49,035 nt of DNA, from the IMG/VR virus record IMGVR_UViG_3300005253_000043, positions 1 through 49,035 of that record, one strand, 5' to 3'. Under the pieces are notes generated by a model. That model saw only the letters and a list, made by a program, of their open reading frames with translations, was not told where the DNA came from and did no database searches. The stretch is from a virus (Duplodnaviria > Caudoviricetes). Each line of letters starts with the position of its first letter. The stretch's first letter is position 1. Positions 20,701 through 29,412 of this stretch are shown here, piece by piece. A program made the position numbers and the translations under genes.

Positions 20701-22294
20701 GTCTTTGACTGCTCGACAAAAAGCCGTCGCTAAAGACATAGGCACTCAGTTGATGGATGGGTCTAATAAGGTCGCTATCAACAAAACAAGTCAATCTCTT
20801 GAAGGCAGAGACATTGCTATTGTAATACATTACTGGCCTGCCAGAAGGGCGATAGTGAGAGATATTGCGGGTAAGAAATTAGAAGGAGTTCAGAAATTAA
20901 TCGAGAGCTTAGGTATATTCAAAGAACGAACCGGAACCGGAAATCCTCTGCGGATGTCAGGATTTTTCGAGACTGTGTATAATACAAATAAACAGACCGC
21001 TGCTTATGTGGGCCTTGCTCCTGCACTAAGAGACGCTAAATCTGTTTTATCGGTTGACGTAAGAGAAGAATATATCAGGAATGGATGGGGAAAAGAAATA
21101 TCAGTTATCGAAGAGTTCATTAGGAGGATTGAGGATAATGCTCCACAAGTAAGCCAGTTGGATACTGTCGTCAAAAGATTGGTGGGCAAATTCGCCCGAA
21201 GTAGATTTGCATTAAATGTAAAAATATGGGTGCGTCAACAGGTATCCTCTTTGCTTACGTTTGCTTATGTAGACGCAAAACATATTCGTGCGTTTCGTGG
21301 GGTTGCAACCGCTGAAGATATAGCGTCTATCAAAGAACTGTCTCCGCAGATAGGTGCAAGATTTGAGAGCTTTAGGTTTGACAGAGACATAGGCGATGCT
21401 TCACTTGAGAACGAATTAGAGGAATATTTAACTGGCGAACTAAGTCTTAAAGATTCTTTTCTTTTGGGCATGAAGTATTTCGATACTAATGCTATTGTTG
21501 ATCTCTACCGTGCGTCATTGTCTGAGATAGCTGACGCACGACCTGACTTAGACCAAAACAGTCAAGAGTTTAAGGACTTGTTGAAATCAAGGTTCGAGTG
21601 GTTGGTTAGACATACCCAACCTGTGTGGCATGTCAAAGACAGGTCTCTTTTGGGTTCTGACCCAAGGCCATTGGTTAGGGCGCTAACAATGTTTATGTCT
21701 CAAAGAGAGCAAATGGTCAGAATGGTTACTGGTGCAAGTGTAGAATTTTCTAACAGCAACAAAGACACTGTTGCCCAACTAAGACTCGCAAAAGTGTATG
21801 GCGCGGTCGGTCTCAATATTGCTATGTTCACGATGTATAACGCTGCATGGGCATTATTGGTTCGTAAAAAGAAAAAAACTATATTAGATATAGGCTCAGA
21901 ATTTGTTCAGAATATGTTTGGGAATCTATTCTTCGGTAGATACGCTGCTGAGATAATTCGTGTCACAACAAACAAGGTTCAAGGCAAGGGTTTCGGGCAA
22001 GTATCGTTTGAGGCAGCACCGGTCCGACTTCTTCAAACAGGTGGAAATGGATTAGTAAATCTTAGTGCGGCAGCATTTCACTTTATAACAGGGGATATTT
22101 ATTTGGCAGGGCCGAATAGGAATCAGGAAAAATGGAAAAATGAATTACTTGTTGCAATAGATAACCTCATTGACTTTACATCTGGTGTGACCGGCTTACC
22201 TTATGTTGGTCCCAAAGATATTGTGTCAGGAATTAAGACGTGGGGCGAAGAAATAGATTTTGAAGACGAAGTTACAACGGGAAGATTCCGATAA
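17732..22294 (+). CDS. Large internal virion/ejection protein (gp16-like)
   Basis: 1520 aa, helical, hydrophobic segments near both ends; synteny. Confidence 0.7.
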   Translation: MAKTLTLEDIQTVPLGSGGITLNEIPVRDLGGNIIADGVNASLPPDTYKALKQHEDPIELLPADLQEVGRRVMDLQLDPANMAVRVKNSLYFSEKFGISMTQADIFSGEIAKQKWDIPNMSPEQIFAKIQETEDTLLKNQVGESFDLAPFSTFGKAFKQSLAGKPAAAVRGVTVFTGEAGEGPIVLGVDIDKMLNKASDFFENLRDQEDRREIDIKIAGKLWPVNEGEPWWKLSTKQIPEAINAWAANISDQIPLMLLTLAGRATGGIIATPAAAKLSAAVALVTGGPDPTDVVTVPVVAAATIALGKHLGGMAPMVSIEAAGFMDYANELGLDKDIAEKYARWYGPISGLIEYSQQIFRLKAFSGLAEKAQQQLLFEIIKKVGGLSIIEGLEELSQESLQNHLIGKAIDEQKLRNPEFATKKPRLFEGGGRAFAIGTGVSLFTQGSGRATRRSISFVSDAVQAKTDKTTIELAESPARELIRIEIEKNVIEAEKTETAKGVSEDIETKIQEVAPVTEQVPVELTEQEAADKLGTTLEQIRFNNELRDRLNKNKIIITDDIRAEFKAESKKGPGLTKAEQAILTPEQQRQARFAQTEGEKVGFKQAEKESREQARREVSKIQAAKKLTAQLQKTAKALIDAFVVDKDTKNLLKAKLKSDVKTAEDLKPFMDSVTEGIEEAERKGKVKDIIKATKRIKPDKMRKPFGNAARKLLDSFKVGKKRVETQIKISDLLDYARQVIDTVAPDSIAAVEAQDMIDRLQNERAKTIGIRDLDSQSLQQILDTLTSLETMDAQESSIITEEQAKEVESRRETLKTDARANSRPINENETIGQKIGRSVKNFIANGHGNLESVSDNISGGIAGTIDLWLKSKKNLTAFVYDVINKGVDEQTKYARKVRNVYRAVLKKHGVTKETVKKWFEDSHVFEMKDGKGNKKSFSFTTNELMSIFMHTRNQHNLDVLRENGMNRFLPGKRTVEIRGFTNELLDRMTESLTARQKAVAKDIGTQLMDGSNKVAINKTSQSLEGRDIAIVIHYWPARRAIVRDIAGKKLEGVQKLIESLGIFKERTGTGNPLRMSGFFETVYNTNKQTAAYVGLAPALRDAKSVLSVDVREEYIRNGWGKEISVIEEFIRRIEDNAPQVSQLDTVVKRLVGKFARSRFALNVKIWVRQQVSSLLTFAYVDAKHIRAFRGVATAEDIASIKELSPQIGARFESFRFDRDIGDASLENELEEYLTGELSLKDSFLLGMKYFDTNAIVDLYRASLSEIADARPDLDQNSQEFKDLLKSRFEWLVRHTQPVWHVKDRSLLGSDPRPLVRALTMFMSQREQMVRMVTGASVEFSNSNKDTVAQLRLAKVYGAVGLNIAMFTMYNAAWALLVRKKKKTILDIGSEFVQNMFGNLFFGRYAAEIIRVTTNKVQGKGFGQVSFEAAPVRLLQTGGNGLVNLSAAAFHFITGDIYLAGPNRNQEKWKNELLVAIDNLIDFTSGVTGLPYVGPKDIVSGIKTWGEEIDFEDEVTTGRFR

Positions 22295-22482
22295 TGCCCG
22301 GCCGCGCACGCTATAGTCCGAAGATAAAAGAGCCTGTTTTTAAGAGTATGACTATGGGCAAATGGAAATTGAGGCTTGCTACTGCCGCTGATGTAAGTGC
22401 CGGCGCTGCGAGAACGGTTGGAGACTGGATAAAAGAACACAATGTTGACGGAGTTTACGATGTCGATGAAGCTGACGTATAA
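22294..22482 (+). CDS. Small hypothetical protein
   Basis: TAATG coupling to the upstream gene; fills the gap. Confidence 0.5.
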   Translation: MPGRARYSPKIKEPVFKSMTMGKWKLRLATAADVSAGAARTVGDWIKEHNVDGVYDVDEADV

Positions 22483-25400
22483 AATTTTATTATTGATGTT
22501 TTTAAGTTCTACGGCTTTAGCGGTCAGGATACATCACAAAGACGAAGTACTTATCAGCGATATACTTACGATAACTTCTACTGCAATGCCTCAGATTAAA
22601 ATTCTAAACCCTGATTTTCACGCTACCATTGGTGCGGAAATAGATCTAAATAGTGTCGGAAGACTTGTTCTAACAACTCCCGCAGGTGGCGGTGATATTA
22701 TTTTACAGCCAAGCCTGGGCGATGGTACAAAAGATGTAATTATATTTGACGATACAACAAATCCCGTTCATTTACTATGGCGTACAGCGGGGAAGGGCAA
22801 TATAGGGACATCTCTAACAGTTGCTTGCCCTGACAACATCTTTGCCAAAACTAATATATCGGCAGGGAACAATATAGCAGCAGGTGGACAATTCCTTGTT
22901 GAAGATGGCACAGCGGCGAACCCCTCTATTTACTTTACTGACCTTGATGGGGGGATTTATTCGGGTACTGGTATTAATTTCGCACTTGGCGAATTAGACA
23001 TAATGGCTATTACAACTACTGCTGTTACCTTAGCTAATAATATAAACCTCACTCTTAGCGGGACGGGGAAAGTAGCGATTGGAACTGCAACCGATATGTT
23101 GGCTCCACTTAATATAACTGGTGATACAGCAAGCATTGAAGATAGACATGAAGGTATATGGATACGCGGAAAAACTGGGGCTTATATTGTTCAAACAAAT
23201 GTAAGAGGTCCAAGGTTGGAAATAGGTGGTGGAGCTTCTTTAGACACAGATCCTGCTATGTCTGTTAATTACTTAACAGGCCACGTCGGTATTGGAACGA
23301 CGACGCCGGATTATATACTTGATATTGATGCTGGAGAGATAGGGGAGGGTAACTATGATGGTTTGAGGATAATTGACACTGGTTGGAAAGCGACCAGTCG
23401 TCCAATGCTTGAATTTTATAACTCAAATGCACAATTCGGTGGCGGTGGCACTTTAGCAAGGATATATGGTGAAATAGGAAGTTTAGGAACAAATTCTAAG
23501 TTATATTTTGCTGTGGCAGATAGTTCTAAGAGTCTCCAGGATAGAATGGTAATTGATAAAAGTGGAAACGTCGGCATTGGGACGACTACACCTTCTGAAA
23601 GATTAGATTTAGGTTCAGGCAACCTCACTACCACCGGCGACTTGAACATCGGTACGGGTGGTACGGTGCTTGATGTAGATTCTGCATTAGGTACAGTGGG
23701 AATAGGCACAGCGGCAATGAGTGGCAATATTTTGAATGTTTCGTCAACTCTTACGGCAACAGACGACTTTGTATTTATTAACGGTACGGGATCTCTGACA
23801 ACAGGAGCGGCAGCCAAGTCTTTTCACGCACTTAAATTTTTCTTAAACGCTACTATAAACCACGACACAACCTCTATCGTTGGGGTTAATGCAGAAGTTA
23901 GTGTTAGTTCTGTGAGTGGTGACGCATTAACTGTTGATGAGGTTGTTGGTGTACGTTCCGATATAGATATTACTAAAGGCGGTCCGGGGGGAGTAGCCGA
24001 TCTTACCGTAACGGATGTCTATATGTTCAAAGGTGAGGCTATCGGTGCGACAGGTGTCAATGCTGTTATAGATAATTTGTATGGATTATTCTTGCCCGAC
24101 ATAACTGAGGGGACGGCGAACTGGGCGATATATTCAGCAGGTGGGGACTCGTCTCATGCAGGTAATTTTCGGTTTGGCAGCAACGTAGCTCCCGTTGCTA
24201 CAGTAGATGTGACGGGTACAGTAGATGTTACACATACTGCTGCATCAGCGGATGATCATACACTTGAAATCGTGACAGATGCTGCTGGCTTTGGTGATGT
24301 AAAAGCTCTTGAGATAGATTATATCTCTGGTGATATCGCTATGGGGGAAGATGAAGCTATCATGCTCATCAATATTGATGAACTTGCCTCCACCGGAGGT
24401 GATATATTTGCACTTGAGGTATTATCCACAGAAGGTTCTGGAGAGGTTTTTGGTTTAAAGGTCGGTGCTACTGTGGGGCCGATTCATCAGGATTCAGGAA
24501 CATTTGCAAATCCGACTACAGGCACAGACAATACAACATCAACTGATGTAGCTGCTATGATTGACGGAGACCCTTGTACAACTACAACTATTTTTGAAAA
24601 TGATGATGAATATATACTTATCGGGGCCGATGTTGCATTTGAAGAATTAGAAGTTGTTTTGATAACTCCGTCAAGTAATAATATCAAGCCTACTTTCTGG
24701 TATTCAACTGCCGGCTCACATCTATTTACTGAATTTACTCCGGTTGATGGAACTGATGGATTTAAGCACACCGGCATAGTAGCATGGGACCCAAGCGATC
24801 TAACCAGTCATGCTGTAAATACTGACACGGGTACTTTTGACATAAAAGTTATACGAACACGAAATAATTTAACAACCGACCCTGTTTTGGGTTATATAAA
24901 AGTAGCGTCTACCACAGAATATATATGGGACAAAGATGGAGATGTAAATGTAAAAAGCATAACTATGACTGATGATCTGGCCGTTGCTGATGGCGGCACT
25001 AATAAAAGTAGCTGGACACAATATCTTATCCCATATACAGATACTACAACTTCATTTAGTCAAATTGCAATAGGCACAGATGGTCAGGTGCTTACAAGTG
25101 GAGGGGCTGGCGTTGCTCCGGCGTTTGAGGATGCAACCGGTGGAGTTAATGGCTATCCTCAACGTGCTACGATGTGGCATGATGAAGCAACGGTAACAAC
25201 TGGAAACGCTCTTACACATGACCGTGCTACTTCACAGCGTTACCAAACAAGAAGTTTTCAAGATGCACCTGCGATTAATGATGCTTTTAGTCATTCTTGC
25301 TTTTTGAAGGCAGGGACTTATGAGTTTTCGGTCTTAGGAGCGAAAACGGTTGCTTCAGGTAAGGTTGATTGGGCGATAGATGGTAATGGCATTGTATCTA

Positions 25401-25588
25401 ATCAAGATTGGCGTAATGCTGGTGGAACTCTTAATGATATAATACAGACTGTTAGCAGTGTAACAGTAACAGGAGATGGGTATCATAAAATAACGGGAGT
25501 GGTTGATATTACAGCTGGATCAGGTTATGGCCTTACACTTACAAAGTATTGGTTTTGGGTAGCAAGTGCAGATCCAGCAAGAGAATAG
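22460..25588 (+). CDS. Tail fibre / receptor-binding protein with signal peptide
   Basis: GxVGIGTTTP repeats; mosaic beta segments; GGAG RBS before MSMKLTYKILLLMFLSSTALA. Confidence 0.75.
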   Translation: MSMKLTYKILLLMFLSSTALAVRIHHKDEVLISDILTITSTAMPQIKILNPDFHATIGAEIDLNSVGRLVLTTPAGGGDIILQPSLGDGTKDVIIFDDTTNPVHLLWRTAGKGNIGTSLTVACPDNIFAKTNISAGNNIAAGGQFLVEDGTAANPSIYFTDLDGGIYSGTGINFALGELDIMAITTTAVTLANNINLTLSGTGKVAIGTATDMLAPLNITGDTASIEDRHEGIWIRGKTGAYIVQTNVRGPRLEIGGGASLDTDPAMSVNYLTGHVGIGTTTPDYILDIDAGEIGEGNYDGLRIIDTGWKATSRPMLEFYNSNAQFGGGGTLARIYGEIGSLGTNSKLYFAVADSSKSLQDRMVIDKSGNVGIGTTTPSERLDLGSGNLTTTGDLNIGTGGTVLDVDSALGTVGIGTAAMSGNILNVSSTLTATDDFVFINGTGSLTTGAAAKSFHALKFFLNATINHDTTSIVGVNAEVSVSSVSGDALTVDEVVGVRSDIDITKGGPGGVADLTVTDVYMFKGEAIGATGVNAVIDNLYGLFLPDITEGTANWAIYSAGGDSSHAGNFRFGSNVAPVATVDVTGTVDVTHTAASADDHTLEIVTDAAGFGDVKALEIDYISGDIAMGEDEAIMLINIDELASTGGDIFALEVLSTEGSGEVFGLKVGATVGPIHQDSGTFANPTTGTDNTTSTDVAAMIDGDPCTTTTIFENDDEYILIGADVAFEELEVVLITPSSNNIKPTFWYSTAGSHLFTEFTPVDGTDGFKHTGIVAWDPSDLTSHAVNTDTGTFDIKVIRTRNNLTTDPVLGYIKVASTTEYIWDKDGDVNVKSITMTDDLAVADGGTNKSSWTQYLIPYTDTTTSFSQIAIGTDGQVLTSGGAGVAPAFEDATGGVNGYPQRATMWHDEATVTTGNALTHDRATSQRYQTRSFQDAPAINDAFSHSCFLKAGTYEFSVLGAKTVASGKVDWAIDGNGIVSNQDWRNAGGTLNDIIQTVSSVTVTGDGYHKITGVVDITAGSGYGLTLTKYWFWVASADPARE

Positions 25589-25640
25589 GAGATATAATGA
25601 TACTAAAACTAAACAAGATAGAAAGGAAAGAAAGATAATA

Positions 25641-25916
25641 ATGGCAAAAAACAGCAAGGCTAAGTATTTTTGGATACCATTGGCAGGACTCATATTAACG
25701 GCCGCTATAGTCCTTATCCCCTATGTGTACGGGACGGGCAAGGCGCAAGCCACGTTAGTTGCTACAGATAAGGCTTTGGCGAAAGCCGATACCGAGATCA
25801 TCAAAGACGTTAAAGAAAACAAAGACGACATAGAAAAGTTGGAAACCAAGTTTGACGCCTACCATACGGCACAAACATTAGCAAATACGGAAATACTAAG
25901 CCGGTTGCCGGAATGA
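25641..25916 (+). CDS. Membrane protein, one TM plus coiled coil (holin-like candidate)
   Basis: FWIPLAGLILTAAIVLIPYVYG; at the end of the late operon. Confidence 0.5.
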   Translation: MAKNSKAKYFWIPLAGLILTAAIVLIPYVYGTGKAQATLVATDKALAKADTEIIKDVKENKDDIEKLETKFDAYHTAQTLANTEILSRLPE

Positions 25917-26077
25917 CCCGCAAAGACTACATTGCCAAGATGGACGAATTTGCCGAACTGCTCGTTAAAATGGGCTGTGAGGGTTTTTTAAATGATCCCG
26001 AAGCCAATACCGCTGCTGGTGCGGCTCAGTACGAACTGTCAAAATTAAGAGAGTTTGTGAAAGATGAATTATCTTAA
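25913..26077 (+). CDS. 54-aa hypothetical protein (not in ORF track)
   Basis: ATGA overlap with the upstream gene; MTRKDYIAKMDEFAELL... Confidence 0.5.
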   Translation: MTRKDYIAKMDEFAELLVKMGCEGFLNDPEANTAAGAAQYELSKLREFVKDELS

Positions 26078-26135
26078 AGAACAGCTTTCGCGCTGCTAAA
26101 AACTGAATTTTTCATTTAACTCTCCTTTATTGGAG

Positions 26136-26169
26136 ACGGGCTTTCGGTGTGTGCCGGAGGCCCGTTTTT
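26136..26169 (+). terminator. Terminator ending the late operon
   Basis: ACGGGCTTTCGGT/GCCGGAGGCCCGT stem plus T run. Confidence 0.8.
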
Positions 26170-26243
26170 ATAATAAAATTTCCCGCTTATTTCCTCAGAA
26201 ACAACGATTTTTAAAAAATATCCAGAAAATTCCCAGAAATAAT

Positions 26244-26272
26244 TTGACAAGAGGCCGTTCTTGATGTATACT
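26244..26272 (+). promoter_or_regulatory. Sigma70 promoter (early, rightward)
   Basis: TTGACA-17-TATACT. Confidence 0.85.
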
Positions 26273-26292
26273 TGTTTACAGAAAGGAAGATA

Positions 26293-26448
26293 ATGAAAAT
26301 GAAAAGACACCCAGTACAATTCAAACAAACCATGTGGGAACGGTTAGTTATAGCGTCTGCAAAAGAATCCCTGAAAAGAAAAACGACAATTACTCCCGCA
26401 GAATATGTCCGGTCAGTAATAATGAAACATCTGGGAAAGAAGAAATAA
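26293..26448 (+). CDS. 51-aa ribbon-helix-helix-like regulator (not in ORF track)
   Basis: MKMKRHPVQFKQTMWERL...TPAEYVRSVIMKHL; AGGA RBS; first gene after the promoter. Confidence 0.6.
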   Translation: MKMKRHPVQFKQTMWERLVIASAKESLKRKTTITPAEYVRSVIMKHLGKKK

Positions 26449-27017
26449 TGGTGGCAAAAGCCAAAGATTATGTAAATCATAAATACGCCGTTAGTAAAGC
26501 AGTAAGAAATGGCACGCTTATAAAACCTGAACTTTGCTCTAAATGTGGCAAGGAGGGAAGAATCAACGGGCATCACGAAGATTACAACGAACCGCTAAAA
26601 GTGGTATGGCTATGCAATAAGTGTCATTTGCGGGGGCATTGCGGAGTACCTTTTGATGCTCCCGATAGAGTGGCATGGACAAAGAAACAACCCCGAATCG
26701 CAAAAAGGACCCTCAATGTCGGTGGAAGGGCGATGCGATTGCCAGTATTAAAAGACGAACCATGTACCCTCGTAGGTCTTTTTGTTGAAGATAAAATTGT
26801 AGACGAACACAAATATTTTGGAGAAACGGTGGATTGGGAAAAAATATTAGGAGTTCTTACCTACCGAGAACGAGAAATTATAAACTTGCGATACGGCCTT
26901 AACAATGAATATACCTATACACTTGAAGAAATGGGCAGGATATTCAAAGTTACCCCTGAACGTGTGAGGCAAATAGAAGCAAAAGCAATAAGTAAGTTAC
27001 GAGAATTTCTTGAATAG
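26448..27017 (+). CDS. HNH-like Zn domain fused to sigma70 region 4
   Basis: CSKC..HHEDYNEPL..WLCNKCH plus LTYREREIINLRYGL..YTLEEMGRIFKVTPERVRQIEAKA; TAATG coupling sets the start. Confidence 0.85.
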   Translation: MVAKAKDYVNHKYAVSKAVRNGTLIKPELCSKCGKEGRINGHHEDYNEPLKVVWLCNKCHLRGHCGVPFDAPDRVAWTKKQPRIAKRTLNVGGRAMRLPVLKDEPCTLVGLFVEDKIVDEHKYFGETVDWEKILGVLTYREREIINLRYGLNNEYTYTLEEMGRIFKVTPERVRQIEAKAISKLREFLE

Positions 27018-27067
27018 GAGAATGACATGGACAAAATTGGTTCAGAAGAAAAGTTTACGGTAAAATT

Positions 27068-27187
27068 ATGGAACGAGTAGGCATAATTGAAATTCTTGGT
27101 TATAAGAGCCAATCTTCAAGTCTGTTTATGCCTACTCAGCTAACACATTCCCACAGGATTGGCTCTTTTTTATCTTTTATAAGGTGA
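27068..27187 (+). promoter_or_regulatory. Leader ORF / attenuator element 1
   Basis: Interleaved helices 27075-86/27126-37 and 27104-14/27157-67 plus T tract. Confidence 0.7.
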
Positions 27188-27190
27188 AAT

Positions 27191-27622
27191 ATGATATGGC
27201 ATATTAAACAATGTAAACATTGTCCGAGGCATACTGATAATAAATTCGTATGTGCTCATAAAGCCATGCTCAAAATAAAAACGAAAGACTTCCCGACTGT
27301 CCATGTAAGTCATAATTGCGTTGAATATAAAAAGTTATTTCGCGTAGGGCAATGCGTTAAGATTGAATTGCATTATAGAGAAACTGACGATGAATATGGT
27401 TCAGTATGGGAAAGTGCTGGTTTCGTAACAGGTGTAATAACAGGAACAATCTATCGGAAAAAGTTTTGGGAAATTCAGTTAGATAAGACAGTCAAGCTAA
27501 CAAGGTTTAAGCATGGGAATATGTCAGAAGAAATTTTTGTAAATTATATAAAACCTGCCAATAAAATAGAAATACTGGAAAGCGAATTTGGCGAAGTAAA
27601 AGAACAAATTGTGCCATTCTAA
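27191..27622 (+). CDS. Hypothetical protein
   Basis: AAGGTG RBS; 143 aa. Confidence 0.65.
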   Translation: MIWHIKQCKHCPRHTDNKFVCAHKAMLKIKTKDFPTVHVSHNCVEYKKLFRVGQCVKIELHYRETDDEYGSVWESAGFVTGVITGTIYRKKFWEIQLDKTVKLTRFKHGNMSEEIFVNYIKPANKIEILESEFGEVKEQIVPF

Positions 27623-27653
27623 CCCCTAACCAATAACTACAGGAGAGTAAATC

Positions 27654-28574
27654 ATGGACTGGATAACAACAGAATACGTTAAGCAAGAAGCCGAAAAAGG
27701 CGAACTGGCTGCCCTTGAATGTTCACTCAAGCATCACAAGCAGGGCAGGGATGCGGGCTATGTGGAATTTATCTCTATTGTGACTATAGGGAGGTATCAC
27801 GTAAAAGACGAGTTTTGTGCTTGTTGTGTGCGATTTAAAGACATCCACTCCCATTACTGTGCCGATGGGCACAGTAATAGCTGTCCACTTTTCGCCGAAT
27901 CAAGCAACGTGCACCACTGCTGTAACGGGCTTTGGAGTCAACTTAGAGATATATTTGATGCCTTCAAAAAAGATATGTCTCTTGATAATTTTAACAAGCT
28001 GAAAGAAGCCGAAGCCAAGGTCTGCACCTACATCGAGGGCGTGCTTGAGAAGAAACGGGCAGAGGGGAAAGAATCTGATAAGAGTTGTCCTGATTGCAAC
28101 CATTGGCATCGCAAAAATAGGTCTTGTCAAGAATGTATGGGCGGCTCTAATTTTCAACCTAAATCCACGAAAGAATCCCCCCCCGCACTGAGGCATTTAG
28201 ATTATGGAATAAACGATGATGGCCACATACGATTAGTAATTATCGAAAGACATAGCAACAATCCTATAGTTTGGAATAAATACGGTATTGGGAATCCAAA
28301 CGGGCGAGACCCCAAAAAAGATATATGGCTGGGCAATCTCGCTGACGACCTCGCCCGTAATGCAGAGGACTTGGATAATTACGAGACTACGACAAAGTTT
28401 AATGGTAGCGGAGTGAAGTTGAAAATTGGCGTAACTGTCAACCCCGTTGACCTCATCTATTTTAAGGTCGGTGGAACTTACAATGGACACCAAGTTCACG
28501 CCAATATTGATGAGGCTACCGAAATTCACCGGAAACTCGGCCAGCTTATAGCAACGGCGATTCGCAAGAAATGA
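27654..28574 (+). CDS. Cys-rich mosaic hypothetical protein
   Basis: GGAG RBS; several Cys clusters. Confidence 0.65.
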   Translation: MDWITTEYVKQEAEKGELAALECSLKHHKQGRDAGYVEFISIVTIGRYHVKDEFCACCVRFKDIHSHYCADGHSNSCPLFAESSNVHHCCNGLWSQLRDIFDAFKKDMSLDNFNKLKEAEAKVCTYIEGVLEKKRAEGKESDKSCPDCNHWHRKNRSCQECMGGSNFQPKSTKESPPALRHLDYGINDDGHIRLVIIERHSNNPIVWNKYGIGNPNGRDPKKDIWLGNLADDLARNAEDLDNYETTTKFNGSGVKLKIGVTVNPVDLIYFKVGGTYNGHQVHANIDEATEIHRKLGQLIATAIRKK

Positions 28575-28720
28575 ATGCAATAATGATTGTTGGTATCGGA
28601 ACGGTAATATGTAATATTGGTCTCTTGTGGATGGTAATAAAACTTTATACCGAGATCATGAAAATACTTAAGCAGAGGCCGAAGAACAGGAGCAAGAACA
28701 AGAGGCTCTTTAGAATATGA
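28571..28720 (+). CDS. Small membrane protein (49 aa)
   Basis: ATGA overlap; hydrophobic N-terminus and basic tail. Confidence 0.45.
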   Translation: MNAIMIVGIGTVICNIGLLWMVIKLYTEIMKILKQRPKNRSKNKRLFRI

Positions 28721-28725
28721 ATATA

Positions 28726-28842
28726 CGAGCAGTTGCGAAGTGGCATCGCCCCGAACTATAAATTCGGTGAAAAACCTTAATCTTTCTGTAGGACGCTATT
28801 TGAGGGATTTTGGGTACGCAGGTTCGACTCCTGCCTGCTCGG
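28726..28842 (+). tRNA. Atypical tRNA-like gene, anticodon ATA, 50-nt variable arm
   Basis: Acceptor CGAGCAG/CTGCTCG; D stem GCGA/TCGC; anticodon stem CCGAA/TTCGG; T arm GCAGG-TTCGACT-CCTGC. Confidence 0.75.
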
Positions 28843-28932
28843 TTAGGCGAAAGCCAACGAAACGTATGGATTAACTAGGTGCGTATCACAGCCGTACAAA
28901 CTGACACGTGGCAAAGTATCGAAAGGAAAAAA

Positions 28933-29175
28933 ATGAATGCAATTAAAGCAAGTAAAAAAATGCAGAATCTTTTTAATCAATCATTTGACAAAAACGCCTT
29001 TGCAAAGCTACTTATCAGTGAGGCTGATAAGTACTTTAAAAAAGGGCATGAATTAAGCCGGAAAGCATGGGATGATTTTTTTGAGAAAAACCCTGAAGCG
29101 ATGAAATGTAAGCATGAGTGGTCTTATTGTGGTAAATCGCAGATGGTAGAAGAAGTGAAACGCAATGAAACTTAA
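28933..29175 (+). CDS. Hypothetical protein
   Basis: GAAAGGA RBS. Confidence 0.5.
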   Translation: MNAIKASKKMQNLFNQSFDKNAFAKLLISEADKYFKKGHELSRKAWDDFFEKNPEAMKCKHEWSYCGKSQMVEEVKRNET

Positions 29176-29271
29176 AATGCCCTTGATGAATGTGCCGACG
29201 TCGGTAATTTTGCAATGATGATATTTGATAATATTTTAACAGAGCAAGCCAAAGAAGAAAGGAAAAGGAAC

Positions 29272-29412
29272 ATGGATCATACAGATTTAGAAGACAAGAT
29301 AATTGATGCTATACATGATTGCTGTCCAACTGAAACAGATAAAACAGCAGCATTAAAATATTTCGATCGAATAACGGTAAATTCAATGATTGAAGAGGCA
29401 CTCGAAGATTAA
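29272..29412 (+). CDS. Small acidic hypothetical protein
   Basis: AAGGA RBS before MDHTDLEDK. Confidence 0.45.
   Translation: MDHTDLEDKIIDAIHDCCPTETDKTAALKYFDRITVNSMIEEALED

Noticed and set aside
22460-26170. Diversity-generating retroelement, suggested by the BPP-1-like head genes
   Set aside because: No reverse transcriptase, and no template/variable repeat pair with adenine-specific mismatches seen
26334-26447. ORF-track N-terminal extension of the HNH-sigma4 gene
   Set aside because: It overlaps a better-supported 51-aa gene in another frame; TAATG coupling places the start at 26448
28756-28762. Amber suppressor reading (CTA) of the atypical tRNA
   Set aside because: In the 7-nt loop CTATAAA, positions 34-36 are ATA; CTA occupies 32-34
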